A stretch of 24,000 nt of DNA from Candidatus Iainarchaeum sp. GTDB lineage: Archaea > Iainarchaeota > Iainarchaeia > Iainarchaeales > GCA-2688035. This document shows, piece by piece, positions 8,901-15,850 of the stretch. The stretch is taken from assembly GCA_020053055.1 (NCBI GenBank), contig JAGVNX010000025.1, positions 20,996 through 44,995 of the forward strand, in the 5' to 3' direction. The position numbers were made by a program, and so were the translations under genes. The notes under the pieces are model-generated. The model had not been told where the DNA came from. It did not search any database and saw only the letters and a program-made list of their open reading frames with translations. Every line of letters begins with the position of its first letter. Position 1 is the stretch's first letter.

Positions 8901-9776
8901 GGGGGTTGTGACTTGTGGATTCAAATTCCATTGTGTTCCGCCATCTGGGATTATTCTCATGACTGTGTTTGCATTTCCATCAACGTATTTTTGTTGATTC
9001 CAGTCCATTTCCTTATTGTATCCTTCAGCGTATAGGTTATAGCCTATGGCATTTACATCTAAAAAGTTCATGTCTGTTATTGCGCCGTTAGCATCTTTGA
9101 ATTTGAGCCTTACATTTGCATCTGTTGGGAATCCATAGCCGAAAACTGTTACATTTCCGTCAACTGCCCCAAATTCAGGGCTTATTACTATTGCGGGCCC
9201 GATTACAAAGCGCACATTTGCATCAACGTTTGTACAAGTATAACTTCGAATTGCCCCTGCCCCTTGCTCTGCTACAAAAGACAATCTCCATAATTCCAAT
9301 ACTCCTGCTTTTCCGTTCATGTCCTGGTGGTTTGCATCAACAGGCACTGTTATTTTTACTTCGAAAGTATTTGCATCGCTTCTTATAAATCTTATAATGT
9401 TCATGTCTAACTGGCTGACTGTTGAATGAAAATTACTTATGCAGCCTCCGCCGACTATTCTTGCAGGAATTACATTTTCATCGCTTAAAGCCCCAAGATT
9501 TGCGTCAACAGCATTTAAGTCCCAGTATTTTGCGCTTCCAGATTGTGCATTGTAATTTATGTAATCCCATCTGAAGAAAACAGCGTAATTATAATCTGCA
9601 GTTATATTGCCGTCGGGGTTTTTTATTGAAAGGTTAAAGTCTTCGCCTGCGTTTGCGTGGTGTGCTCCTAAAGCATCGTAGGCTTTCAGCACTCCGCTTG
9701 CTGCAGTTGCATTCACAATTGAAAAAATAGTTATAAAAATTATTGAAAAAATTATTAGTTTAAAAAATCCTTTCAT
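5931..9776 (-). CDS. Giant surface protein (1281 aa from the preferred start): Sec signal, N/T/D-rich ectodomain, Cys-motif, Pro-rich stalk, C-terminal TM anchor
   Basis: ATG at 9776 is preceded by GGAGG (9785-9789) at 8-nt spacing; the track's TTG at 9815 is less likely. The signal peptide is MKGFFKLIIFSIIFITIFSIVNA-TA. The C-terminus reads KCGNGTCENGETTVNCPADCPAPAVTPQVSQPP, then INLATAGLIILIVIAIVTIGIAV, then RSKKNKLGYKK. Confidence 0.85.
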   Translation of the reverse strand: MKGFFKLIIFSIIFITIFSIVNATAASGVLKAYDALGAHHANAGEDFNLSIKNPDGNITADYNYAVFFRWDYINYNAQSGSAKYWDLNAVDANLGALSDENVIPARIVGGGCISNFHSTVSQLDMNIIRFIRSDANTFEVKITVPVDANHQDMNGKAGVLELWRLSFVAEQGAGAIRSYTCTNVDANVRFVIGPAIVISPEFGAVDGNVTVFGYGFPTDANVRLKFKDANGAITDMNFLDVNAIGYNLYAEGYNKEMDWNQQKYVDGNANTVMRIIPDGGTQWNLNPQVTTPFYGYMLRPDANGQFDVNFKVPFTISLAGPNGIPDNNIRVDINSGLSPQYVKDMNATAKIIVTPGFTMSVDENVTIGICQDANGGYNTCKAAGTGQTFQRVPVDQAMRGGMIRNQGQVSGLQVQLKTSNGTVLIAQIKMNSDMNMATGPRRDYDNGMDGSSGRAKIDSDTMPEFGTDPFGNPIDANITLYNIKSTGAIPALARNGKLCPATVCKNLDAGTFSYTNIYTATDTTPSWVYDPIAGDGNLSFRVSGFSEYSAGSLFVTVTGDSNAGRTYYTRDGNLTVTFTYKDTNYQDQNSSAWKPGDANFAVSIYLSKKQCGQHYLLYTDYNILDYNGISCTTTPVSFAATATNGYALNDDDANISTTQTCSISLDLARYKDSGEAGFSHFTGTTGSGTYIVGTTRRKVSGDVQAFPDLRTTIMGQFYIDINMSAPRSAAVGNTICATSDANTIINKPSIYIWDTNFMNSYGATFFDFNRAGLTADQNLAIDFNVRIQDTNLSLGDLNLSIYYSQTRGDKNNLLFKDLNLMLSDTNRSIGNSQQTTVKCTYHSNAPVAGTIDENHTTNRDTNCRFYLNAKNLFEGRYFIDMLLGVRTDNNRGAGSWAFDVNSRMSTATSDQNSTRNPAGINDTNNPILTVLGASSSTGLCVGVTMDANDTSNIKKFWYSSNGTNYLDNGMVNTYNVCITSSASLPATLTYYFKAMDFMDLNSSAQSKTITFSSASGGSVNPPVTPPPITPTGPGGGTGTPETPTTETIIEQAIESPPLTSDEIALILTEAGYASITPKMLEIAQAVPVSQSVKVEKNTSVAGVVSYNTTITIALTNNSTKNWKDIKLVVEIPKAIAANASEITSSYSMKVLKSDPIIEFTVPTVNTGEIASVTYEVAKNITDAIAGTIRSPIVTGYTEVKIPVIPPAGPKCGNGTCENGETTVNCPADCPAPAVTPQVSQPPATGGINLATAGLIILIVIAIVTIGIAVTRSKKNKLGYKK

Positions 9777-9859
9777 TTGCCAGGCCTCCAGGTCATAAAA
9801 TAAAAGTTGTTTCAAAAATATTATGTGTTAAATTTAGTACATAATTAGAAGTTCCTCAT

Positions 9860-12610
9860 TTAAATACTTTTCGCCGAAGTTTTTGCTTTGAATTTTATGA
9901 TTTTTTGCAGTATTTTTTCCGTGTAAGGGATGATTAATGCCGGCATTGCGAGCAGCAATGCAATCAGCCAGTTTTCCGGGCTTAAGGGGACTGTTCCTAT
10001 TGCGGTTTGCAATTGCGGAATTGTGATTGCTGCAGCGAGTATGATTAGAGAAGCAATTGTTGCAAGCACAAGGCTTTTGTTTCCAAACGGGTTTATTTGA
10101 AAAACATTTTTTTCGCTTCTGCAATTGAAAGCCAAGATTGTTTCGAATAGAATCAATGTTGCAAAAGCCATTGTCATTCCTGTTTTTGTGCTTTCTGCAA
10201 TTCCTATTCCGAAAGCAGCCAGTGAAACAATTGCGCCGGCAATTCCGGAAATTAAAACAAAAGAAACTGTTTTGCAATCAAGTATGCTTGTTTTTTTTTC
10301 CCTTGGTTTCTGGTTCATTAATTCTTCTCTTGCGGGTTCGTTTCCAAGTGCAATTGCAGGCAATCCGTCTGTTATCAGGTTAATGAACAATAATTGCACT
10401 GGCGCTAGGGGAAGAGCCCAATTTTTGTTTCCCAAAAAAAAACCCAGAATAATTGCCATTAAAATCAGGGTTACTTCTGCTGCATTTGCGCCTAACAAGT
10501 ATTTTATAAAATTCCTGATGTTTGCAAAAATCCTTCTTCCTTCGCGGACTGCGGAAACAATTGTTGCAAAATTGTCATCTAGCACAATCATGTCTGCGGC
10601 TTCCTTGCTCACTTCTGTTCCTGTAATGCCCATTGCAATTCCAATGTCTGCTTTTTTCAGGGCAGGCGCATCGTTTATTCCATCGCCTGTCATTGCGACA
10701 ACCTTGTTTTTTTTCTGCAATGCGTTTACAATTGCCAGTTTGTGTTCGGGATTTACCCTTGCAAAAACGCTTATTTTTCCTATTTTTTCCTCTAATTCTT
10801 TTTCGCTCATTTCTTCAAGCTCTTTTCCTGTTATTGCAGTTTCCCCGCTTTTCATTATGCCAAGCTGTTTTGCAACGGCAATTGCTGTCAGCAAGTGGTC
10901 TCCGGTAATCATTTTGACTTCAATGCCTGCGTTTTGGCACAATTTGATTGCATCAGAAGCCTCTTTTCTTGGCGCATCAATCATTGCGGACATTCCCAAA
11001 AAAACAAGTTCCGATTCAATATTTTCCATTTCTTTCAGGTTAATTTCTTTTTCCGCCTTAAATGCAAAGCCCAGCACCCTGTAGCCTTTTTCAGCAAGCT
11101 CGTTGTTTTTTGCCATTAATTTTTCGTATTCTGGTTTTGCCAGTTTTTTTTCTTTGCCTTCAACAAAAATTTTTGTGCTTTTTTCAAGCAATGATTCTAC
11201 ACTGCCTTTGCTGAAAACAATGCTGTTGTTTTCACTGCCAAAAATAACGCTCATCATTTTCCTTTGGGAATCAAACGGCTTTTCGCCTATAAATTCAAAT
11301 TGTTTTTCCAATTCTTTTTTTTCAATTGCAGCTTTTTTTGCAGCTGCAAGCAATGCTATTTCAGTGGGGTCTCCGGTTGAATCATTTTCAGAAAAATTTG
11401 CATTGTTGCATAAAACGCTGTTTTGAATCAGCAATTTCAATTCTTTTTCTTCGTCCAAATTCACTTCTTGTTTTTCAAAAAAAATTTTTCCTTTTGCATT
11501 AAAGCCAGAGCCGCTTACGTCAAACAATTTTTCATTGCAAAAAATTTTTTCCACGGTAAGCTCGTTTTTTGTCAGAGTCCCTGTTTTGTCAGAGCAAATA
11601 ACGCTTGTGCTTCCCAGTGTTTCAACTGCAGACATTTTTCGAATCAAAGCGTTTTTTCCTGCCATTATTTTCATTCCAAGCGCAAGAGTGATTGTAACAA
11701 CAGCAGTCAGCCCTTCGGGAACAGCTGCAACTGAAAGGCTCACTGCTGTAAAAAACATTAATTTCCAGCCGTTTCCCGAAAGCGTTCCGATTGCAAAAAT
11801 TGCAATGCAAACCAGTATTATTGCAATTCCAAGAGTTTTTCCAAAAGAATCAATGTTTTTTTCCAAAGGGGTTTTTTCTTTTTCAATGTTCTGAATCAAA
11901 CAGCTTATTTTTCCAAATTCTGTTTTCATGCCTGTTCCGGCAATTATTGCTTTTCCCCTTCCGTAGACAATTGTCGTGTTGGCAAAAACCATGTTTTCCC
12001 TGTCGGCAACTTGTGCATTTTCAATGATTTTTTCAGATTTTTTTTCCACTGGCTGGCTTTCCCCGCTTAATGCTGATTCATTGGCTTTGAGATTCATAGC
12101 CATTATTATCCTGGCATCAGCAGGAACCTTGTTTCCTTCGCACAGCACAATTAGGTCTCCGGGCACTAATTCAGCGGAATCAATTGAACGCGTTTTTCCG
12201 TTTCTAATCACAACTGCTTTTACCGATGCAAGCTTTTGCAGTGCATCCATTGCTTTTTCTGCCTTGAATTCCTGGTGAAAACCGAGCGCTGCGTTGAGGA
12301 TTATTATTGCAACAATTACAAGCGCATCTATGCTGGATTCATCTCCAATAAAAAAAGAAATTATTGCTGCCGCAATAAGAAGCCAAACCAGGAAGCTTGA
12401 AAACTGGTTCAAAAAAATTTTTAATGCGCCGGAAGAACTTTTTTTTTCAAGCTTGTTTTTTCCGAATTCCAAAAGCCTTTTTTGCGCTTCTTCTTCCTTC
12501 AAGCCTTTTTCAGAATCCGAGCCAAGCCTTGCAACAGCTTCCAAATAATCCAGGGCATGCCAGGCAATGTTTTGTGCGCCAGCAATATTTGTTTCTTTAT
12601 TATAAGCCAT
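9860..12610 (-). CDS. P-type ATPase, type IIA (Ca2+-transporting SERCA/PMCA-like)
   Basis: Motifs present: CSDKTGTLT phosphorylation motif, PEGL in TM4 (AVPEGLTAVVTITLALG), MITGDHLLTA, and the hinge VAMTGDGINDAPALKKADIGIAMG. It has 10-TM-type topology and is 916 aa long. Confidence 0.9.
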   Translation of the reverse strand: MAYNKETNIAGAQNIAWHALDYLEAVARLGSDSEKGLKEEEAQKRLLEFGKNKLEKKSSSGALKIFLNQFSSFLVWLLIAAAIISFFIGDESSIDALVIVAIIILNAALGFHQEFKAEKAMDALQKLASVKAVVIRNGKTRSIDSAELVPGDLIVLCEGNKVPADARIIMAMNLKANESALSGESQPVEKKSEKIIENAQVADRENMVFANTTIVYGRGKAIIAGTGMKTEFGKISCLIQNIEKEKTPLEKNIDSFGKTLGIAIILVCIAIFAIGTLSGNGWKLMFFTAVSLSVAAVPEGLTAVVTITLALGMKIMAGKNALIRKMSAVETLGSTSVICSDKTGTLTKNELTVEKIFCNEKLFDVSGSGFNAKGKIFFEKQEVNLDEEKELKLLIQNSVLCNNANFSENDSTGDPTEIALLAAAKKAAIEKKELEKQFEFIGEKPFDSQRKMMSVIFGSENNSIVFSKGSVESLLEKSTKIFVEGKEKKLAKPEYEKLMAKNNELAEKGYRVLGFAFKAEKEINLKEMENIESELVFLGMSAMIDAPRKEASDAIKLCQNAGIEVKMITGDHLLTAIAVAKQLGIMKSGETAITGKELEEMSEKELEEKIGKISVFARVNPEHKLAIVNALQKKNKVVAMTGDGINDAPALKKADIGIAMGITGTEVSKEAADMIVLDDNFATIVSAVREGRRIFANIRNFIKYLLGANAAEVTLILMAIILGFFLGNKNWALPLAPVQLLFINLITDGLPAIALGNEPAREELMNQKPREKKTSILDCKTVSFVLISGIAGAIVSLAAFGIGIAESTKTGMTMAFATLILFETILAFNCRSEKNVFQINPFGNKSLVLATIASLIILAAAITIPQLQTAIGTVPLSPENWLIALLLAMPALIIPYTEKILQKIIKFKAKTSAKSI

Positions 12611-12665
12611 ATTTTTTCATTTATAAATAAGATTTTGGAATTTAAATACCTGCCCTGCATTATTT

Positions 12666-13133
12666 TTATTTTAAATAATATGCCAATAGTTTTTCATTGA
12701 CCAGCCTGCCGTTCTGCATAAAATTTTTTTTCCTTTCGCCTTCAATTTCGAATCCGAATCCTGAATAAAAATCCAGTATTTCCGTGTTAGTTTCAACAGC
12801 AGCAGCCTCAATTTTTTGCTTTGCAGGATGCCGTTTTTCCAGTTCTTTCAAAAGAATTTCCAATACTGTTTTTTGCTGCAATTGCGGCTTTGCAATCAGA
12901 GTGCCAACTTTCAATACATGGGCTTTTTTTCCTGAATAATCAGTATAATATGCAAACCCGACAATTTTCTTGTTTTGTTCGACGACAAGAGCTTTTTTCC
13001 AGTTGTCCTGCCATTCCATCTGCCTTTCCCTTACAGAAGCATTTCTCCCGATTTCAACGAAATCATTCACTTTCGGGTTTAACAATAGTTCAAACACTTC
13101 CTTGAAATCCCCAAATTTTGCGTTTCTAATCAT
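12666..13133 (-). CDS. GNAT-family N-acetyltransferase
   Basis: 155 aa. The C-terminal ILDFYSGFGFEIEG matches the GNAT beta-bulge/motif B region. The size and secondary-structure pattern are typical. Substrate is unknown. Confidence 0.7.
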   Translation of the reverse strand: MIRNAKFGDFKEVFELLLNPKVNDFVEIGRNASVRERQMEWQDNWKKALVVEQNKKIVGFAYYTDYSGKKAHVLKVGTLIAKPQLQQKTVLEILLKELEKRHPAKQKIEAAAVETNTEILDFYSGFGFEIEGERKKNFMQNGRLVNEKLLAYYLK

Positions 13134-13197
13134 GGCAACACCTCAAGTATGCGGATATTTAAAAAATTGTTTTTCAACTTTTTGAAAAAAGAGTTAT

Positions 13198-13563
13198 TTA
13201 TGCTGGCAATTGCAGGTCAACAGGCTTTTCTTCCTGGCTTGTTTGTTCGCAGTTTTGGCCTGCTTCTTTAAGCTTTTCTTTCATTTCTTTGTCAACCTGC
13301 TTTAATAATTCTTCAAAATTTTTTTTATTTTTTCCAATGCTCTGGTTCATTGCTTTCTTGTATTGTTCCCAGAATTCCAAAGGAGTGATTTTTTTCATGA
13401 AAAGCGCCCTCTTCAAGCCCCAAATTTCCTTTCTGAATCCTTCGTCAACAAGCATTTGTTCCCGTGCAATCTCCTTTATTTTTGCAGTATAGGAAAAAAA
13501 TTTTTGCGTTTCTTCCGCATGGCTTTCGGAAAAAATATTCCTGAATATTCCGAAGGCAAGCAT
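13198..13563 (-). CDS. Hypothetical protein (121 aa), helical, Lys/Glu-rich
   Basis: ATG start. It is divergent from the KaiC-like gene across a 212-nt promoter region. I recognise no family motif. Confidence 0.5.
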   Translation of the reverse strand: MLAFGIFRNIFSESHAEETQKFFSYTAKIKEIAREQMLVDEGFRKEIWGLKRALFMKKITPLEFWEQYKKAMNQSIGKNKKNFEELLKQVDKEMKEKLKEAGQNCEQTSQEEKPVDLQLPA

Positions 13564-13601
13564 TTTGAACCACTTTCAGCATTAGAATAATGATTTTAAA
13601 A

Positions 13602-13630
13602 TTTTAACATTTAACACCATAATGTTAAAA
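13602..13630. promoter_or_regulatory. Perfect 10-bp inverted repeat (TTTTAACATT-N9-AATGTTAAAA) in the divergent promoter region
   Basis: Read directly: arms are 13602-13611 and 13621-13630. It lies between the divergent genes starting at 13563 (-) and 13776 (+). A TATA-like TTTATATA sits at 13735-13742, about 34 nt upstream of the KaiC-like ATG. Confidence 0.3.
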
Positions 13631-13775
13631 AACCTTTCCCAATTTTTTTCCAACATAAAAAAAAAGATTCTGTGAATTCAATAATTTTTTCCAAAATTTA
13701 TTATTAAAGATTTGCTGAAAATCAAAAAACAATATTTATATAGTAGTTGAACATTAATGACTATCTGGTTTTGTT

Positions 13776-14507
13776 ATGGTTAATGCAATCGAACGAATCC
13801 AATCCGGGATAAAAGGCTTTGACAGTTTTATTGAAGGCGGTTTTCCCGAGGGCAGCATTACTCTTGTCGTAGGAACCCCGGGAACGGGAAAAAGCATTTT
13901 TGTTGCCGAAGTTCTTTACAGCAATGCCTTGCAGGGCAAGCGTTGTTTATACCTGAATCTTGAGCAAAGCGAAGGCAAGCTTGAAAAGCAAATCTCGCAG
14001 TTTGGCTGGGACTTGGCAAAAGCAGGGAAAAACCTGCGAATTGTTTCAGTAGATTTTCCAAATCCGGGAATGGTTGAATTTGTTTTGGACGAAGTGCAGC
14101 GCCTGAATTATGATTTGATTGCAATTGATTCCCTTGATTCAATTTCAAGCAGCCCCTTGGAAACAGACGAAATTGGAAAAATGGGAATGGACAGGATTGC
14201 AGAAACAGTGATTCCAACTTTGTTCGATGCCCAGACAGTCGGCAGGCTGAAATTAAAAAAAATTTTTGCCGCAATTTCAAAATCAAAAGCCACTGCATTC
14301 TTAACAACGGAAAAAATTGAAGGCGCACAAGGAATAACAAGAGACACTATTTCAGAATTCCTCTGCGACAACATACTGGTAATGTACTATCTTGGCATTG
14401 GAAGCTCCCAATACAGAAGCGCACAAGTCCTGAAAATGCGCCTAAGCAACCACGAAAAAGACTTCATCCCATTCGAAATAACAAAAAAAGGAATCGAATT
14501 AAGATAA
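13776..14507 (+). CDS. Single-domain KaiC/RadA-like RecA-superfamily ATPase (COG0467 type)
   Basis: SGIKGFDSFIEGGFPEGSITLVVGTPGTGKSIF parallels the KaiC TGIEGFD...GG.P.G...L..G..GTGKT region and includes Walker A. Walker B is YDLIAIDSLDS. At 243 aa it is one KaiC domain. Confidence 0.85.
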   Translation: MVNAIERIQSGIKGFDSFIEGGFPEGSITLVVGTPGTGKSIFVAEVLYSNALQGKRCLYLNLEQSEGKLEKQISQFGWDLAKAGKNLRIVSVDFPNPGMVEFVLDEVQRLNYDLIAIDSLDSISSSPLETDEIGKMGMDRIAETVIPTLFDAQTVGRLKLKKIFAAISKSKATAFLTTEKIEGAQGITRDTISEFLCDNILVMYYLGIGSSQYRSAQVLKMRLSNHEKDFIPFEITKKGIELR

Positions 14508-14525
14508 ATTTTTTTAGGAATTTTT

Positions 14526-15182
14526 TTGCCCAGAACCCAAAGGATAAGAAGAGGCGTAGTCACATTTCCAAAGCATTCTGATTTTACAAAAGCCGCTAGT
14601 TCTATTGGCGATAAAGGTTCGTTGTTTCGCCTGCGGAAATTTTTCAAAGACAGCAGCAAATTAACCCAAAAAAGAGAGGCACTTCTTGAAAAACTTTTAA
14701 AAAGAAAACCACAAAAATTTTATGATTTCTATTGCAGAACAAGGACTCGCTACCAGGCACTGTTTGCAGAATTATTGGCTGGGCTGGAAAGATGCAATTT
14801 CAAAGTGGACATGGAATTATTTGAAAAGTCTGCTTCTAAAGCTCCAAGTTATTCCCATGATTTTTACCGCATCAAAGGAATCAGCTTAATTATTCCAAAA
14901 AAATTTGGATTCCGCAGGCAGCTTTCCCCGGCTGAACAGCAAGAACTTCAGGAATATGCTTCCGCATCGCTTAATCAAGCGAAAAGTCTTTTTAAAAAAA
15001 TGCTTCCAGAAATAACAATAACGGAACTGCATTTGGCGCATATGTGGAATCTTCCATTTGGCTACCCAAATACTGAAGAAATCCGAGCTAAAATGAAAAC
15101 ACGCCCAGTTCAAAGAGACATTTGCAATGGAGTTTCAGCAATTGCAAAATTTTTAACTGACATGGAAAAACCAGCCAGATAA
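14526..15182 (+). CDS. Hypothetical protein (up to 218 aa), no recognised family
   Basis: The ORF begins at a TTG 18 nt after the KaiC-like stop. The first in-frame ATG is far downstream, so the true start is uncertain. The composition looks coding. Confidence 0.5.
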   Translation: MPRTQRIRRGVVTFPKHSDFTKAASSIGDKGSLFRLRKFFKDSSKLTQKREALLEKLLKRKPQKFYDFYCRTRTRYQALFAELLAGLERCNFKVDMELFEKSASKAPSYSHDFYRIKGISLIIPKKFGFRRQLSPAEQQELQEYASASLNQAKSLFKKMLPEITITELHLAHMWNLPFGYPNTEEIRAKMKTRPVQRDICNGVSAIAKFLTDMEKPAR

Positions 15183-15198
15183 AAAATTCAGTTTTTTT

Positions 15199-15651
15199 TC
15201 ATCCAAGATAATCCAGTGCGTCAATTATTTCTTGATTTGTTATTTTTATTGCTACTCCAAGGCTTTTGTGCAATTCAATTTTTTTCTCTGAAACCTGCAA
15301 AGTAGGGTAAACAAAAAGGTAATGTGTTCCCTTGTATTTATAAAAATCAATCATGTCTGTTGACCTTGCGCCCAGCATTGCCCGAAGCCTTCCTGCAAAC
15401 CTTTCCCTTGCAACAGCTTTGGATTCTTTTTTATCAGCAAGGCCATTTTCCCATCTGGGCTCTGTTTTTTTCAAAGAACCAAATTGGATTTCTTCAATAG
15501 CTTGCCCTGCAATGAGTTCCCCGATGTTTCTAATGTGCCATCTTGCAGGATTCGGCATTAAAGGTTTTCTCAGGTCCCCAAAGCCACGAGCGTGTTCTCT
15601 GTGTTCCTGCAAAAACTTTGGAAGAAATTTTATTGCCCTGCGCAAAGCCAT
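15199..15651 (-). CDS. Hypothetical protein (150 aa), no recognised family
   Basis: I prefer the ATG at 15651 (MALRRAIKF...) over the TTG at 15660. It is convergent with the 14526-15182 ORF, with a 16-nt gap. Confidence 0.55.
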   Translation of the reverse strand: MALRRAIKFLPKFLQEHREHARGFGDLRKPLMPNPARWHIRNIGELIAGQAIEEIQFGSLKKTEPRWENGLADKKESKAVARERFAGRLRAMLGARSTDMIDFYKYKGTHYLFVYPTLQVSEKKIELHKSLGVAIKITNQEIIDALDYLG

Positions 15652-15757
15652 TTTAATCAAAAAAATTAGTGTTCAAGTTGTTAAAAATTGTTTGCTTTCA
15701 ATTTCTAAAGGCCTTTCATTTTATTCTTAATTTGTGGTTTTTCTCTTTTGGGCTCCT

Positions 15758-15792
15758 AAAAACTTTTCTCTTTTTTCTAGAAAGAGAAAAGG
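15758..15792 (-). terminator. Stem-loop plus T5 run, terminator-like on the minus strand
   Basis: The minus strand reads CTTTTCTCTTT-CTAGAAA-AAAGAGAAAAG-TTTTT. That is an 11-bp stem (15781-15791 with 15763-15773), a 7-nt loop and a T-run (complement of 15758-15762). It lies downstream of the hydrolase gene and directly abuts the tRNA-end repeat copy at 15793-15807. Confidence 0.5.
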
Positions 15793-15807
15793 ATTTAGCC
15801 CCGGAGA
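15793..15807. repeat. Direct repeat copy 1: ATTTAGCCCCGGAGA (duplicate of the tRNA-Gln 3' end plus 3-nt trailer)
   Basis: It is a perfect 15/15 match, in the same orientation, to 16614-16628. The flanking bases differ on both sides. Confidence 0.85.
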
Positions 15808-15816
15808 CAATATGAC

Positions 15817-15832
15817 GCAAAAGCATTAGCCC
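15817..15832. repeat. Inverted repeat arm 1: GCAAAAGCATTAGCCC
   Basis: It is the perfect reverse complement of 16597-16612 (GGGCTAATGCTTTTGC). It is preceded by ATGAC, so it mimics the hydrolase 5' end (ATGGCAAAAGCATTAGCCC) in inverted orientation. Confidence 0.85.
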
Positions 15833-15850
15833 CAAAGTCTTCCCTTTGGA

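Noticed and set aside
6933-9377. Recurrent ATGCAAAT (the eukaryotic octamer motif) / GATGCAAAT 9-mer as a DNA-level signal such as an uptake sequence, a methylation site or a protein-binding site
   Set aside because: The copies are confined to one gene, always in the same reading frame, and encode Asp-Ala-Asn. Related D-x-N codon triplets with other middle codons behave the same way. The signal is therefore at the protein level, with codon bias explaining the DNA identity.
5931-9776. Diversity-generating retroelement target, suspected because of the many AAT/AAC (Asn) codons
   Set aside because: There is no reverse transcriptase and no template/variable repeat pair anywhere in the window. 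The Asn codons are spread over 3 kb rather than clustered in a C-terminal variable region.
9834-10277. 147-aa minus-strand ORF overlapping the ATPase 3' end in another frame
   Set aside because: Its composition is Cys/Asn/Arg-rich nonsense. It overlaps the conserved C-terminal TM region of the ATPase.
10125-11084. 319-aa plus-strand ORF, the longest unexplained ORF in the track
   Set aside because: It lies entirely antisense to the P-type ATPase, whose motifs are unambiguous. Its translation is low-complexity (S/A/I/F-rich) with no motifs. It is a typical shadow ORF of an AT-rich gene.
13776-14507. KaiC-like ATPase considered as the FlaH/ArlH partner of the FlaI-like ATPase
   Set aside because: It lies 8 kb from the filament genes, on the opposite strand, and is separated from them by unrelated genes. 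The sequence gives no support for functional linkage.
13858-14659. Minus-strand ORFs 13858-14340, 14108-14374 and 14387-14659
   Set aside because: They are antisense to the KaiC-like gene and to the start of the downstream ORF. They have no motifs and the coding signal is stronger on the plus strand.
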